A DNA stretch of 64,000 nt, from the NCBI GenBank assembly GCA_964016885.1, contig OZ024747.1, forward strand, positions 87,234,001 through 87,298,000, given 5' to 3'. Below the pieces are notes generated by a model. It did no database searches. It saw only the letters and a list, made by a program, of their open reading frames with translations, and was not told the DNA's origin. Source of the DNA: Eledone cirrhosa. Lineage: Eukaryota. Position numbers and translations under genes: made by a program. Positions 28,523 through 42,689 of the stretch are shown here, in pieces. Position 1 is the stretch's first letter, and every line of letters begins with the position of its first letter.

Positions 28523-28795
28523 GTTTATCCCGGGGTATATATATATATATGTTTAATCGGGGGTAACCACAGTAAGTAAGGTACTCAATACATATTATAT
28601 ACAATAAATATTTAATATGTTTTTTTTTTTAAAGAATCCTCATTTTTTAAATCCATCAGACAATCACCTCCACCCATCAGACAATCACCTCCCTCCCCTC
28701 TCTCCAGAAAATGTATAAATACTACCATATTACATTGACAGTCGGCTTTCCTGATGATTTCCTCCGAATGAAACAGTTCTAGTCCTGTAGAAGCC
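28523..28795. mobile_element. Penelope-type repeat family B: inverted tail, then a forward repeat with a TATA box and hammerhead
   Basis: Homologous to 57128-57371. Confidence 0.7.
28744..28795 (+). ncRNA. Type-I hammerhead ribozyme-like motif, family B, intact core
   Basis: GGCTTTC-CTGATGA-TTTC-CTCC-GAAT-GAAACAG-TTCTAGTC-CTGTA-GAAGCC. Confidence 0.7.
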
Positions 28796-28798
28796 AGT

Positions 28799-29000
28799 CT
28801 GAGTGGTTAGAGAATTGGATTTGCAATCGTGAGGTGGTGAGTTCAATTCCCGGACCAGGCGATGCGTTATGTCCTTGAACAAGACACTTTATTTCACGTT
28901 GCTCCTTCTACCTGGATTTGCGACCGATAGATAGTATTAGCAATATGAAACACCAATGGAAACATTGTTTCATCGGTCCGATTTGACGAAAGTCGATCGA
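28799..29000 (+). mobile_element. CORE-like tRNA-derived SINE
   Basis: A/B boxes (TGGTTAGAG, GAGTTCAATTCCC) and GTCCTTGAACAAGACACTT. Confidence 0.75.
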
Positions 29001-29021
29001 CTGTCGATATATATATATATA

Positions 29022-29165
29022 TAACGAAGGGAGTGTGGTAAAGAACCAGGTGGACCATAACGCACCAGAGTACTCAATACTTAGGGTAGTAGAGTGGGTA
29101 ATAGGAAAATGTTCAAGACGCCGACGGCAGAGCTCAAGCCGTTTCGATGGCTATTTCTGGACTAT
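29022..29165 (-). mobile_element. Penelope-type repeat family C: 3' half of the hammerhead plus tail
   Basis: Reverse complement matches 42245-42293 and the tail at 40665-40730. Confidence 0.75.
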
Positions 29166-29330
29166 ATATATATATATATACACACCATAATATCTATGAC
29201 AGAATTATAATTTCCAATGTTCTATCATATTTCATTATATTCTGCTAAATATGTATTCAATTCATGTTTATCGGACTCTCAACTAAGATGTTTTAATATT
29301 TAATCCGACGATCAGCCGACTCCTTCAATT

Positions 29331-29402
<72 letters not shown>

Positions 29403-29699
29403 TGTGTGTGTGTGTGTGTGTATTTATTTTAACATATATCTATAAATATATGCATTTTTATGTATATCTGATTGCGTTTCCTAATAACTGCCACTGCTGA
29501 CGCTCTATACCCACACTCTATTACAAATATACATACACAAACACACATACACACACGTGTGTGTGTGTATGTGTGTGTCTGTATGTGAGTGAGTACGCAC
29601 GCATATATATATATTCGTTTTTGGAAGCCAAATATAACAACACCTACACAGTCCGCTACAAAATCCCTACCCACCCCTTCGACAACCCATTCCAACCCA

Positions 29700-30789
29700 C
29701 ATCCACCACCCCCAACCACGACAAAAAACTTATTAGATTGACACACTATCTCAAAGATTTTGCATACCCCTCTATCCCCACACACACAACATGCAACCTC
29801 ATTAGATTACTCACCACTCTCAAAAACCTAAAATCGAGGAACCTCGTCTACCTCCCCTCCGACAAAGGAAAATAATTATGTGTCATCACCAGGGAAGTCA
29901 ACAACCTAGCACTTCAACACCTTGACGATGGTAGCCTTTACTCCAAGGTCACGGGAATCACCCCCGCACGGATCGAGGAACATGTCAATACCATATTGAC
30001 CAACATCTGCGACCAGCGGAAACTCCCGGAGAGACTGAAAAACAACCTCCTAACGAGGAACTGTAGACTACCCACTTTCTACTACCCCGCCGAAACCCAC
30101 AAACAAGGACGCGACCTAAAAATCAGGCCCATTGTATCCAGCGTGGAAGAACCACTTTATAAGATCTCATGGTTCCTGTCCAAGATCCTTAAACCTATAC
30201 TGGCCACCTTATCGGGACACATAAACAGTTCCGAGGAGGTTATAAAACGACTACACCAGATGGAACCTGACGCCCGAAAGAATAACAGGTATGCCTTCAG
30301 TCTTGATGTAGTCGCTTTATATACCTCAGTTCCAGCACTCCTGGCAGTCGACTTACTGACGGAACCAGTCCAGGCCACCAACTTGCACTACTTCGGACTC
30401 ACCCCACCGACATCCACCAGCTCCTATCCGTTGTCATTGACAACACGTACTTTCTCTTTCTCAGCTACACACACCGATAGACCTCTGGACTACTAATGGG
30501 GTCAAGCTTATCAGATGTGCTGGCAATATCGTACATGGATCAACTGGAACGCAAAGCGCTCAACACCTGCCACCACCACACCACCTTCTTCACAAGATAT
30601 GTAGATCATCTCCTTATCGCCAGGTCTACCCTGGCGACGGCTTACCGGATATTTGAGACGTTCAAAGATACGGACAAGAATGACAAATTCAGCATGGAGC
30701 ACCGCGCCAACGACGGGTTCCTTTCTCTCTTTGACTTCCGACTAAGTATCACGAAATACGGAGAAGTTAATTCAAACTTATTTAACTAA
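29700..30789 (+). pseudogene. Penelope-like reverse transcriptase pseudogene (frameshifted)
   Basis: PSDKG, THKQGRDLKIRPIVSS, FSLDVVALYTSVP, MGSSLSDVLAISYMDQLE, RYVDH (=YVDD). Confidence 0.85.
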
Positions 30790-31341
30790 ATATAGGGACT
30801 AATAAATCGATTCCATGGTAACATCATCTCTGGTTTTCTGTTTCATTCTACATTTCTTTTTCCTATCCCCTCCTCTTTTATCCCATTCTCTCCTACCGCC
30901 ACTCTATCTTGTTGCCCGGAGATTTAGCTATCTGCACTGTAGAGGCTTCCAAAGACGACCATTTTTTTTACTATTCTACAATTCTTCAAGCAAACTTCAA
31001 CACTTTCATATATATATATATATACATATATATATTAGTGTGTGCATATATATATAAGTGTCTGTGCATATATGTGGGTTTGTAAATAGATGGACAGACA
31101 GATAAATACAGATATGCCTATGTATTTATATATATTCGTATATTCGCATGAATATATGTATTTATGTATGTATTATGTATGTACGTACGTATGACTATCT
31201 GCATGTATGTATGTATGAATATATGTATATATGTATGAATGTACGTATGCGGGTGTGTGTGTGTGCGCGCATATAATTCGTGTATATATATGAGTGCACG
31301 CACGTGGGGTTGGGACTGCTTGCTTTCTTGTCATAATACAG

Positions 31342-31398
31342 GAGAAGGGTAAAACGATGCTGGCGGGCTATACAAATGCCGAAATGAGGCGGTTACGG
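31342..31398 (+). CDS. Candidate phase-0 internal exon (EKGKTMLAGYTNAEMRRLR) of an unidentified gene
   Basis: Pyrimidine tract plus CAG acceptor; CGG|GTGAGT donor; only frame 0 is open. Confidence 0.3.
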
Positions 31399-31849
31399 GT
31401 GAGTTAGGGGTGATTTAGGCGTGAGTTGGGGGTAAATTAGGTGGGTTAGTTGGTGCAATTAATTATGATCGGATGGTAAGTGTGGTAGATGAGACTACGG
31501 CGATGTAGTAAGGTAAACTGTTCAAAACCTAACTGCCGTCGTAGGACCTAGACTGGGTGTGTTGCTTAAATGGGAATATATAAATATGAAATTGTTTAAC
31601 ACTACGCCATAAATTTTCGAGTGTATTACTCTCACATAGGCAGACCGAGATAGAGAAAAAGAGCGAGAGGGAGAGAGAGTGTGTGTGTGTGAGAGAGAGA
31701 AACAGAGGGAGAGAGGCTAACCCCCCCACCCCCACCCCACACACACATTTGTGCAATTGAATGCACACTCATCTCTTTCTCTTTGTATGTATGTATATAT
31801 ATATATATTATGTATGTGTGCGTGCGCGCGTCCGTGTGTATGTGTGTCT

Positions 31850-31885
<36 letters not shown>

Positions 31886-32402
31886 ATGTAATTAGGTATA
31901 ATGAGCTATACGTTTAGATTACGTTTAGCCAAGCCGTCATCTACTCAATGAATTTATAAAACTCGCATGTTGTAAATACGATATCTGCAACGCAGAGTGG
32001 ACACTATACGTTAAACAGTGGATAAACGGCGTAATGTGGGAACAAATATACTGCTCCGAACTCTAACATATATATGTATATATATATATATATATTTGCT
32101 TTTATCCTTCTATGTTGTTTACTTGTCCCCCTCGCTTTACGCGATTTACTGGTCCCAATAACTTTTTTTAGTTATTGCTCGCACCAACCTGAGGTATATG
32201 ATTTTTAATGCGATGAAATACCAATGATGGTTGGAAAATCACTGACGAAGGACTATTTTTATCATATGTAACCCATGTGCAACCACGCAGTATTCTTCTT
32301 TCTTCTCATGTTTTATATATATATACATATAAGGGATGTATACCTAAATTGTTGTTCGTTTAGCTCTTTTAGTGTTTTGTTGTTCTACATTTTTTGTTGC
32401 AG

Positions 32403-32486
32403 AAATTATCAAGATCGCAAGGGGTTGGTCGATCCAGTGTTTTGACCTGTGAGGCCTTGGGAGACTTTGCTTGTGTTCCTGTCTGA
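32403..32486 (+). CDS. Candidate terminal coding exon (KLSRSQGVGRSSVLTCEALGDFACVPV*)
   Basis: Strong TTTTTTGTTGCAG acceptor; in frame with 31342-31398. Confidence 0.3.
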   Translation, partial: KLSRSQGVGRSSVLTCEALGDFACVPV

Positions 32487-33127
32487 AAAATTCGTAAATA
32501 GAATATAAAGATTGCGTGGAATTTGTTAGCAGCCCAACAGGAACGAGTTAGTGGGAGAAGATATAAGCAGCGGGGGATAGGTTACCACAGAAAACATCCT
32601 CTTCGCTCCTTTTACTGAAAGAGACAGCCTTTCTCTTTCAGTCGATAATACAACCACAACCACTGCCACCGCTGCCACGGGCACCATTTTGTGGAAAGGC
32701 AGCAGCAGCAGCAGCAACAAAATACCACACACCAACAATAGCAATGACAACATGGTCACCACCACTAATAATATATACTATATATCACCAATGTATATAT
32801 AAGATAAATAGTTAAGATATTTTTATGATAAACTTAAATGATGGATTTATAGACGCAAAATATGAGAATATGAAAGAAAAAATGTGACAGAACCGTCTGT
32901 GGAATAGAATCGTGTCTGTTGCAGACCGGACAATTGCATACACATACATACACATACATACACATACATACACATACATACACATACACATACATACTGA
33001 GACCAAAGGAAAGATCTTTAAATTCAAATTTAGATAAACTAACTTTGAATAAACTGAAATGGTTGTACCTCCTGAATTACATTATAATAAACCGATCGGG
33101 GAGCAGCCACTTAACCACAAGTGTGTG

Positions 33128-33432
<305 letters not shown>

Positions 33433-33464
33433 TGTAAGGCACCGAATTGGAAGTCATTAGAACG

Positions 33465-33600
33465 TCTGATTCAATGGTTTGTGTTATTCGTTACGACTAT
33501 CTGCTCTGTGAGTTCAAATCCCGCCGAGGTCAACTTTGCCTTTCATCCTTTCGAGGTCGAACAAAAGGGTACCAGTCCAGTACTGAAGTCGATTCTTCCT
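33465..33600 (+). mobile_element. Diverged Meta-like SINE
   Basis: GAGTTCAAATCCCGCCGAGGTCAACTTTGCCTTTCATCC. Confidence 0.65.
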
Positions 33601-33814
33601 CTATATCTCTTTCTCACTCCCTCTCTTTTAATATCTATCCTTCTCTGGAGGAAATCTGCTATATTCAGACCTGGAGAGGGATGGGCTCCACCAGGTTTTA
33701 AAATGCCATAGAAACGCCGTATGTCAATATGGCACCTCTACGACTCATTTAGGAGTTACGGCATCATGCATACACACACACGCACACACACACATACATA
33801 TATATATATATAAT

Positions 33815-34045
33815 TGGTGTTGGATGCTTAAAGCGTCCATATATGGTAGGCCGTATGAGCACTCGATGCTCTCATAGAGCAGAGTATGATATCACAGAAA
33901 AAAAGAGAATCAGTGTTGCGACGAATGGAATTTATTGGATATATTACAATCGTTTCTCTGGCGACCAGCTCGAGGCACGATCGATGTGATGATCGAACCT
34001 GACTCTGAAAATCGCAAGGTCCTGATTCTACACAGCAGATTTCCT
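33815..34045 (-). mobile_element. Diverged, non-palindromic copy of Penelope-type family A
   Basis: CAGCTCGAGG..GATCGAACCTGACTCTG and the tail match the 26.5-26.9 kb element. Confidence 0.7.
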
Positions 34046-35649
34046 AAATTGCGATATATATATTTATAGAGAGAGATATAGATATAGATATATATATAAT
34101 ATATATATATATATGTGTGTGTGTGTATGTGTGTATGTATGTATGTGTGTATGTGTGTGTGTGTGTGTGGGTGTGTGTGTGTGTGTGTGTGTACATACCT
34201 ATTGTAATATTAGACCCTCGTCAATATAAAATAGAAAGAAGCATATGATTTATAATCTCTAAGACTGGTAATGTCATCATTCTGATCTTCATCAAAAGAA
34301 TACATAATGCTCCTCGCCTATTGATATATTATATTTATTATCAACTGATCCACTTGAATTGCCTAGTTGAAGGAATATGCTCCAGTTTCTTTTCATGTGC
34401 ATTGTGCCTGCTCTGGTCTTTATTGTCGGTGTTCCATGATGTTTTTCATATAGCAAATGCAAAATAACTTACTTTAAAACAGCTTCTATTGAACATTTTC
34501 CTGTAGCTGTGATCGATAGGAAAGTGTGTTATTATCCCTGCTAGAGGAAAGTATCATAGGCACATAGAGCAGTATCATTGAGAGATGTGGCGTATCTAAG
34601 CTGCCGTTATTAATAGTAGAATACCAATCAGTAGAATACCAATGTTTGGTCGAATGCGGCTTTGAGAATTTTTTTTTCTTAAAAGAAAACGTGAAATAAA
34701 ATAATCGACGTCACCCGAACAGGGTTTGAAATCGGGAAATAACTGCTCTAAGCAACTCATTTTTCTGTTTTCTCTGTTTTGTAAAAAGATTAAGTATTTC
34801 TTTTTGTTTTTCTCTCTATTTTTAAGTTTCGTTTTCAATAATGTTTTCCACATTGAAGATTAGAATAAACATAAAGATTTGCAAAATAAACAAAGTTAAA
34901 TGTAAATATGAAAAATATGAGAAGATCATTCCATAAGAGATTTTGTTGTTGGCATTAAATAAAAGTGAAATCTGCCATTTATCTAAATACTGATCACTTT
35001 ACAATCATACTACATCCTATGTTACCTGGGCCAATCCGAACATCTGGCTGATAGAAAAACAACAGAATACACTGGAACAATCCGATAATGAACTTCTTAG
35101 CGTTCAACATGTCTTCCATCCAAATTACTTTCTTTTTTTATCTTTCCAGATCCTGTATTTTTTCTTGCATTTATTCTTTCTTTCTTTTCCATTTTCTTTC
35201 TCATCTTCTTTCTTTCATTCTTTATAGCTCTTCCTTTAGCGTTCCTTTATCTTTGTTTTTATTTTTCTTTCATCTTCCTGCCTTTCCTTCATTTTTATTT
35301 TGTCTTCCGCCTTCCTGTCTTTAAGTAATTCTATCTTTATTTTTTGTTTCTTTTTCTTCCATCTCGTTCGTTTTATTTTCCTATCATTTTTATATCATTC
35401 TTCTTCCTTTCGTTATTTCTATCTTTATTTCTTCTCTTTATTCTATCTTTTATATACCATCTTTCTCGTTCTCTATACACATTTGTTTCATTCTTTATTT
35501 ATTCTTACTTTTTTATTCATATTTCATTTATATTTCTCTTTCTTTACTCCATTCTTATATTCCTTCTTTTTCTTTCTTTCTATATTTATTCATTGATATA
35601 TTTCTCTATTTCAATTTTTCATCGCTTCTGTCTTTCTGTTTCCATTCTC

Positions 35650-35960
35650 TATTTATTTACATATCTATTTATTTATATATTTATTTATTTACATATTTAT
35701 TTATTTACATATTTATTTATTTACATATTTATTTACATATTTAGTTACATATTTATTTACATATTTATTTATTTACATATTTATTTACATATGTATTTAC
35801 ATATTTATTTGCATATTTATTTATTTACATATTTATTTACATATTTATTTATTTACATATTCATTTATTTACATATTTATTTACATATTTATTTACATAT
35901 TTATTCATCTATGTATTTATTTATTCATCTATATATTTATTTATTCATCTATATACATAT
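35650..35960. repeat. AT-rich minisatellite, ~12-16-bp unit ATTTATTTACAT
   Basis: Direct reading. Confidence 0.85.
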
Positions 35961-36569
35961 ATATTTATTTCCTGTAAACCTAAGACGAGATCATTACAAA
36001 GTCGTCTGTCATTTCAGCCTCTGCTTTGCTTTCTCAATTGAAAGTTTAAATACAAATTCGAGGTTTAGGTTTCGGATAGACACTCATCGTAATTAATATG
36101 ATAGAACAATCAGAATATAAGAAGCCCACAATTAAACACAAACACAAACACAAACATTTATATGCATGGATGTAGTTAAAGACACGTACAGTCTCACCTA
36201 TCCATACGCATGTAAACAAACACACATGCAAATGTATCTCGATTTGTAATTTTGTATATATATATATATATATTCATGCAAAGAATTAAATGCTTCTATA
36301 CATACATAAATATATATATATATACATACTTATATACATACACTTATATATATATATATTAGTGGCTCCGTAGATTCGTGGTTTATGGTTGTAATCAATA
36401 AAGATATTAATGTGAAACCTCGTTTTGTTATTAATATATATATATTAATAATATATATTATATCATATATCATATATATATGTATATACGTATATATAAT
36501 ATATACACACATATATATATATACGTATATACATATATATATGATATATGATATATATATATGATATAT

Positions 36570-36673
<104 letters not shown>

Positions 36674-37076
36674 ACACATGTACACACACATTATAAAGAT
36701 AACACATTGCAATATAAATTGCAGAAGAATAAAATCAAATCAACGAAACAAACCTAATATGATTAAACTCTCAACACATATGTAAATATGTATGTGTGTA
36801 TGTGTGTATGTATGTGTGTGTGTGGGTGTGAGTGGGTACATGTGTGTTCGTATGTGTGTGTATATCTACGTATTTATGAGCTAATAATCAGGGCATATCA
36901 AATTATATCAGAGGATGTTGAAACAAACTAACAAATAAATCATAAATGTTAAGTTGCTGAAGTGATAAGAGAAGCTATTGATGTGAGAAGGATGTAAACA
37001 ATGGTAGGTGCAACAGATTGATATCAAATAACATCAACAAAAGCAACAACACAACTAAGAAATACATATATATATG

Positions 37077-37133
<57 letters not shown>

Positions 37134-37196
37134 ACTTCCTTTTTGTATTTCTTTTGCAAGATTTCTTATCTGAAATGATGTGTTGAAACAGATATT

Positions 37197-37262
37197 GTTA
37201 TACTATGGGAGGGTCATGCTGCCAATAAAAACACACACACCTGCTGGTTTTCACTTCAATCC
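37197..37262 (+). mobile_element. Terminal-repeat tail shared with 49989-50055 (PLE-associated)
   Basis: GTCATGCTGC(C/T)AATAAAAACACACACACCTG(C/T)TGGTTTTCACTTCAAT in both. Confidence 0.65.
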
Positions 37263-37334
37263 CTATGTGAACATAAATAAATATATATATATAGTATATA
37301 TATATAGTATATATATAGTATATATATATATATA

Positions 37335-37373
<39 letters not shown>

Positions 37374-37604
37374 TATACATATATATTTATACATGCATGT
37401 ATATACATACATACACACACACACACACATATATATGGCATGGCCTGGTATGATCCGGTCACCCCAAAGGTTTCAAAGGCTCTTTTTGTACCTGGCAGAG
37501 CCCAATCCTCTCCAGGTGTGAATATAGTAGAGATCTTCCAGAGGATGGAAGAAGGATAGAGAGGGCGAGAGAATGGAAGCGAGAAAGAGATATAGAGGAA
37601 GAAT

Positions 37605-37761
37605 CGATCCCAGTACTAGAGTGGTACTTGTTTTAACGAGTTTGAATGGATGAAAAGCAAAGTTGACGTCGGTGGGATTTGAACTCGGGGAGCAGAGAGC
37701 CGAAATGGATACCGCAAAACATTCTATCTGACCTTCTAACGACTCTGCTAATCCACCGCCT
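37605..37761 (-). mobile_element. Diverged Meta-like SINE
   Basis: GGATGAAAAGCAAAGTTGAC..GGGATTTGAACTC..AATCCACCGCC. Confidence 0.65.
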
Positions 37762-38620
37762 TATAGGTTGTGTGACCTTTTCTGACAATTTTTATTTCTT
37801 TTACTCTAGACAGAAAAAATTATAATATTGTGTACCTCCAAGCACTGTAATAGACATTGGAAAAAGTTACTGATTAATTTAGAATAATTATGTAAATTAG
37901 TACAGTATCTTGAGGGGAAACATTTTTTATCCGGGAAACTAAAAAAAAATATAATAGAAGAAAAGTTTATTTTAGATCCTGCTTCATTTTTTGGCACATT
38001 TGTTAAAGCTCAATTTGAATCATGTATTTTATGGCTTGGATACAACATGAGGGAATCAACATTTCCAGGTGAAATGAAAATTGCCAACATCGTTCTAAAA
38101 TAATTTATCCACAATACAGTGAATTTGTAATACTATAAGCCTCGCAAAAACAAAGGACTGATGAACTCAACACGATTTTTTCGTAAAAAAAAACGTCAAC
38201 CATCCAGCCTGGTCACTCATCTTGTATGTACATCAGCCAATCACAATTACACTGTACCTACGCATTTACACAAATCTATTCAATACAAACACATGCTTTA
38301 CTTAAAACCTTCATGGTAGCATTGTTTTCATTTTGATTTATTTATTTATGAACTGTATATAGCTCTTTTGTTTTGGCATGATGCTATTTAGTATTATTGT
38401 GATAGTGTTTGTTTTGTGTTGCTTGTTCTATATGATCCTTGACGTTATAGCTGCTTTATGTTATTTTTGCTGACTGTTCTACAGCTTTTGATGTTGTAAT
38501 TCATTCGTTTCATGCTTAAAACACATGAGTTCTCGAGGACACAATTACATTTGTGAACAAGCTTCCGAAAACACACACCATACACACACATATATATATA
38601 CGTATGTACGTACGTACATA

Positions 38621-38684
<64 letters not shown>

Positions 38685-38697
38685 ATATATATATATA

Positions 38698-38784
<87 letters not shown>

Positions 38785-38790
38785 TATACA

Positions 38791-38834
<44 letters not shown>

Positions 38835-38843
38835 GTATATGTC

Positions 38844-39036
<193 letters not shown>

Positions 39037-39066
39037 TCATCCAGATTTTGATTATGCAGGACACAA

Positions 39067-39425
39067 TTAATCCCTAAGTAGGGGGGGGGCTTGCTTGACA
39101 GTGCTCCTTCGCGTCCTTCTCCATGTGTTTCGGTCCGCTGGCCTCACTTGAGCCAAGCCTAGCTTTATCCCGACGGATATCCTCCATCCATGTCCTTTTT
39201 GGTTTCCTGGGCCTTCACTGTTTCCTGGATCGACATCCATTACTTTCCTGATCCAGCCCTCAATGCGCTCGACATGGCCGTACCAGGGCATGCGTCTCGT
39301 GTAAAGCACATCCTCGGGGTCGTCGATCAGCAGTCTTTTCAGGAGCTTGGTTGAGCTGACACCATCGTCTGTGGTCACACCGCATATTCAGCGGATCATA
39401 GCTCTGTCATTTCTTCTGAGTAGAT
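39067..39425 (-). mobile_element. RTE-clade LINE 3' fragment
   Basis: RRMPWYGHVERIEGWIRKVM...RNTWRR. Confidence 0.7.
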
Positions 39426-39479
39426 TTAGACATGGCCCAGGTCTCGCTAGCGTGGAGCAACAAAACCAGGTGCTTCGGG

Positions 39480-39965
39480 CAGCAGCTCGTCAACCTGGTT
39501 ATTTCTCTGCCTCGAAAGAAGACTTGTCGCTATGGATAAGCAACCTTCCTTATTCTTTTCACTAAGAGTATGAGGAACCCAAACGCCCAGCTTGCTCACT
39601 TTTTCTACCTTTTCCAAGACAGCAGATTGTGGATTGGGATGTGCTGAAGTCAAGTGCTAATTCTCGAGTACTTCTGCGCGGACAGCATCCCGACATTTTC
39701 TTAGCTGTTTTCTGTAGGGATTTTATTATTCTTAAACACCCACAACATTACGTGTCGAATATGTAATTTCAGTTCCTCCATTTTAGTCGGATGAAATCAT
39801 AGATTAAATTATGATGCACACTCGTTAACTAATGAAATAAGTATGACCGATGAAGACTCTCTCTAATCAGCTAACTTCCAATTGTGTTTAAAACATTGGA
39901 AGTGTGAAATGCGTAATTACAACTTACTTTTAAAAAGCTGAAATCATTTATGACTCAACCCAATA
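39480..39965 (-). mobile_element. Mariner transposon remnant: 5' TIR plus transposase fragment
   Basis: KVSKLGVWVPHTLSEKNK (WVPHEL motif); TA-TTGGGTTGAGTCATAAATGATTT end at 39941-39965. Confidence 0.75.
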
Positions 39966-40196
39966 AATTAAAACGTTGCAAAAATGATAATAAAACAAAA
40001 GAATGAGCAAACTAATTAATAGAGTATTGTCGTAAAGAGGTCACGTGCCGTTTGTAGAAACAGAGGCTCCTTCTTTTCTACATTATATATATATATATAT
40101 ATTTCATAACATTACATACAGACACTCACACGCACACACATATATATATATATATACATTACATAACATAACATACATACATATTTAAAGTTTAAA

Positions 40197-40472
40197 GTCT
40201 GTCTTAAGCCAGAAGGCTCATTTGGCCGGTGCTTATCCCGGTTTCATAGCGTGAAGCGACTGAGAGTACAAGACTCCGCTCTGGACAGGACGCCAATCCA
40301 TCGCAGAGTTAAACCTCCAGCTATTGCTGGTACTCATTTTCAGCTGAGTAAGCTGGAGCAACGGGAAATAAAGTGTCTTGCTCAAGGAAAGAACACATCA
40401 CCCGGTCCGAGAATTGAACTCACAACCTTTCGATTGCACACCTAATGATCTAACCAGTAAGCCATGCACCTT
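40197..40472 (-). mobile_element. CORE-like tRNA-derived SINE, full length
   Basis: Head matches 54008-54140; distinct 3' body. Confidence 0.7.
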
Positions 40473-40597
<125 letters not shown>

Positions 40598-40664
40598 TAA
40601 TATATATATATACACATATATATATATACACATATATATATATACATATATATACATATATATA

Positions 40665-42296
40665 TAACGAAGGAAATGTGGTAAGGAACCAGATGGACCA
40701 TAACGCACCAAAGTACTCAATACTTAGGGTGACTTCAAGACCCGGCTATACCAACGCAGACATACTTTCTAAAACCCGGCCCGGCGTCACGCCGCTACCC
40801 TTTCGGGCCACATCTGGGACCTCAAAGATAACAATATAACCTATAATCTCACTTGGAGCTTACTGTCCAGAGCCAACTCTTACACGGGAGGACGCCGTCC
40901 GTGTAACTTATGCTCGGAGGAAATATTACAAATGCTGTTTTCGACGGACCAACTCCTAAACAAGAAAGACGAACTGGTAACTGCATGCAAACACAGATTG
41001 CGTAGGACTTACCTCGCCCTCAAACCCCATAATGACCGGGGGGGGGTAGACAGGGGCTGAAACACCCCACTTGCCGACTTTGTAAGGGATAACCCCTGTT
41101 TACAAAGGTAGACGTAACTTTTTTATATATTTTTTTTTATATATTTTTTATCGTTTCCTCTATATTTCTTTCTTCCCCCATCCCTTTCTAGTCCTTTCAC
41201 CCCAGATCTTCTTCTTTGTCGTCGTTCTTTTCACCTTCTCGCCCACCCCGATGCAGCCCTTCGGTCCTCTTTAGCCTCAGTACCCCCACCCCCCATATTT
41301 TATGATAGAATTGGCCGATTCCGCTTTTTATAGCAGATGTGCTAGACCCCAGATACTTGCTTTCTTCTCTGGTTGCTGCCCCATTTCCGTGATTTCTAGA
41401 TTTCTTAGTGGTATTTCTGCTTTAGTTTCTCGTATATCAGTATTTATTTTTTGGAATTCTGAATTAATTTTTCGTATTAGTTTTTCATATATAGTGTACG
41501 AGTATTTATGTAGATTGTATTAGAATTTATGTATTGTAGCAGTATTTATATATATTGTATTAGTTTTTTATATTTATTGTATGAGTATTTATGTAGATTG
41601 TATTAGAATTTATGTATTGTAGCAGTACTTATATATATCGTATTAGTATTCATGTTTCGGGATCCTGAATTAATATTTCGTATTAGTTTTTTTTTCCTTT
41701 TTAGTATGTTGGCCCTCTACTTGTTGACCTGTCATTGTAAGATAGATTTGGCCGATTACTACTAACTCATAAAATTCTTTCACTACAATCTCGTATTTAG
41801 TATTCCTTCCCACCTATTAAACTTTTCTATAGCTTAGCAGTACCAGTGAGAGATTTGATGATTGTGAAAGGGGACTAGTAACCAGAAATTGTTTTTTTTA
41901 TATTTTTTATATTTTCTATATATTTACTCCATTTAGATTTACTTATTGTTTCAACTTCCTCCCCCTCCCCTTCTCTAGTATACTTTTTTCGACCTTCTAT
42001 ACACTATCCTTAGAATCTGCTGTAGTTGCCACTTTCAACGCTTGACTGGGTTTCCTCCAATCCCTCTCCCTCTTTCTTCTACTGGCAAGTTCAGCTACCC
42101 CTACCTTCCACAAAATGCCATGATAGAATCATGTGTCCTAACAACAGACTTTTGACCAATTCTTGTGACAATCACTTTTACCATATATGGAATTACCCCC
42201 CTGAGAAGTTCGGCTATTCATTTACCAGGTTAAAAATTTTCATTTAGTCCAGAATTAGCCGTCGAAACGGCTTGAGCTCAGCCGTCGGGGTCCTAT
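40665..42296 (+). mobile_element. 5'-truncated Penelope-like element (family C): inverted tail, endonuclease C-terminus, ~1.1-kb 3' UTR, hammerhead-like motif
   Basis: 40731-41040 translates to DFKTRLYQRRHTF*N...LSGHIWDLKDNNITYNLTWSLL...PCNLCSEEIL...LLNKKDELVTACKH (absent from the ORF track). Confidence 0.8.
42197..42290 (+). ncRNA. Hammerhead-like motif, long stem II, core CTGAGAA (probably inactive)
   Basis: CCCC/GGGG stem I; CGGCTATTC/GAATTAGCCG stem II; GAAACGGCT-TGAGCTC-AGCCGTC stem III; GUC site. Confidence 0.6.
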
Positions 42297-42339
42297 TTGT
42301 TCCTATATATATATATATATATATATAATTATATGTATA

Positions 42340-42399
<60 letters not shown>

Positions 42400-42418
42400 T
42401 ATGTATATATATGTGTGC

Positions 42419-42462
<44 letters not shown>

Positions 42463-42591
42463 ATAAAGCTATGCTTGAAGCGAAAACTTATTTCTATTCT
42501 ATTATAAGTTGAGCCAACTTATGCAGCTTCATATGCAAATGAGATTAATCACCTCATTTACACAGACGAGAAAACTATATATTCTCGACTG

Positions 42592-42675
<84 letters not shown>

Positions 42676-42689
42676 CACTCGATAGGTTT

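Noticed and set aside
31399-31450. TTAGGG-like interstitial telomeric repeats
   Set aside because: Too degenerate and not tandem.
32418-32460. Possible pre-miRNA hairpin (CAAGG..GGTCGA/TTGACC..CCTTG)
   Set aside because: Pairing is short with large internal loops, and no mature miRNA is recognised.
35344-36096. 250-aa hydrophobic ORF
   Set aside because: It comes from a T-rich low-complexity tract and the ATTTATTTACAT minisatellite.
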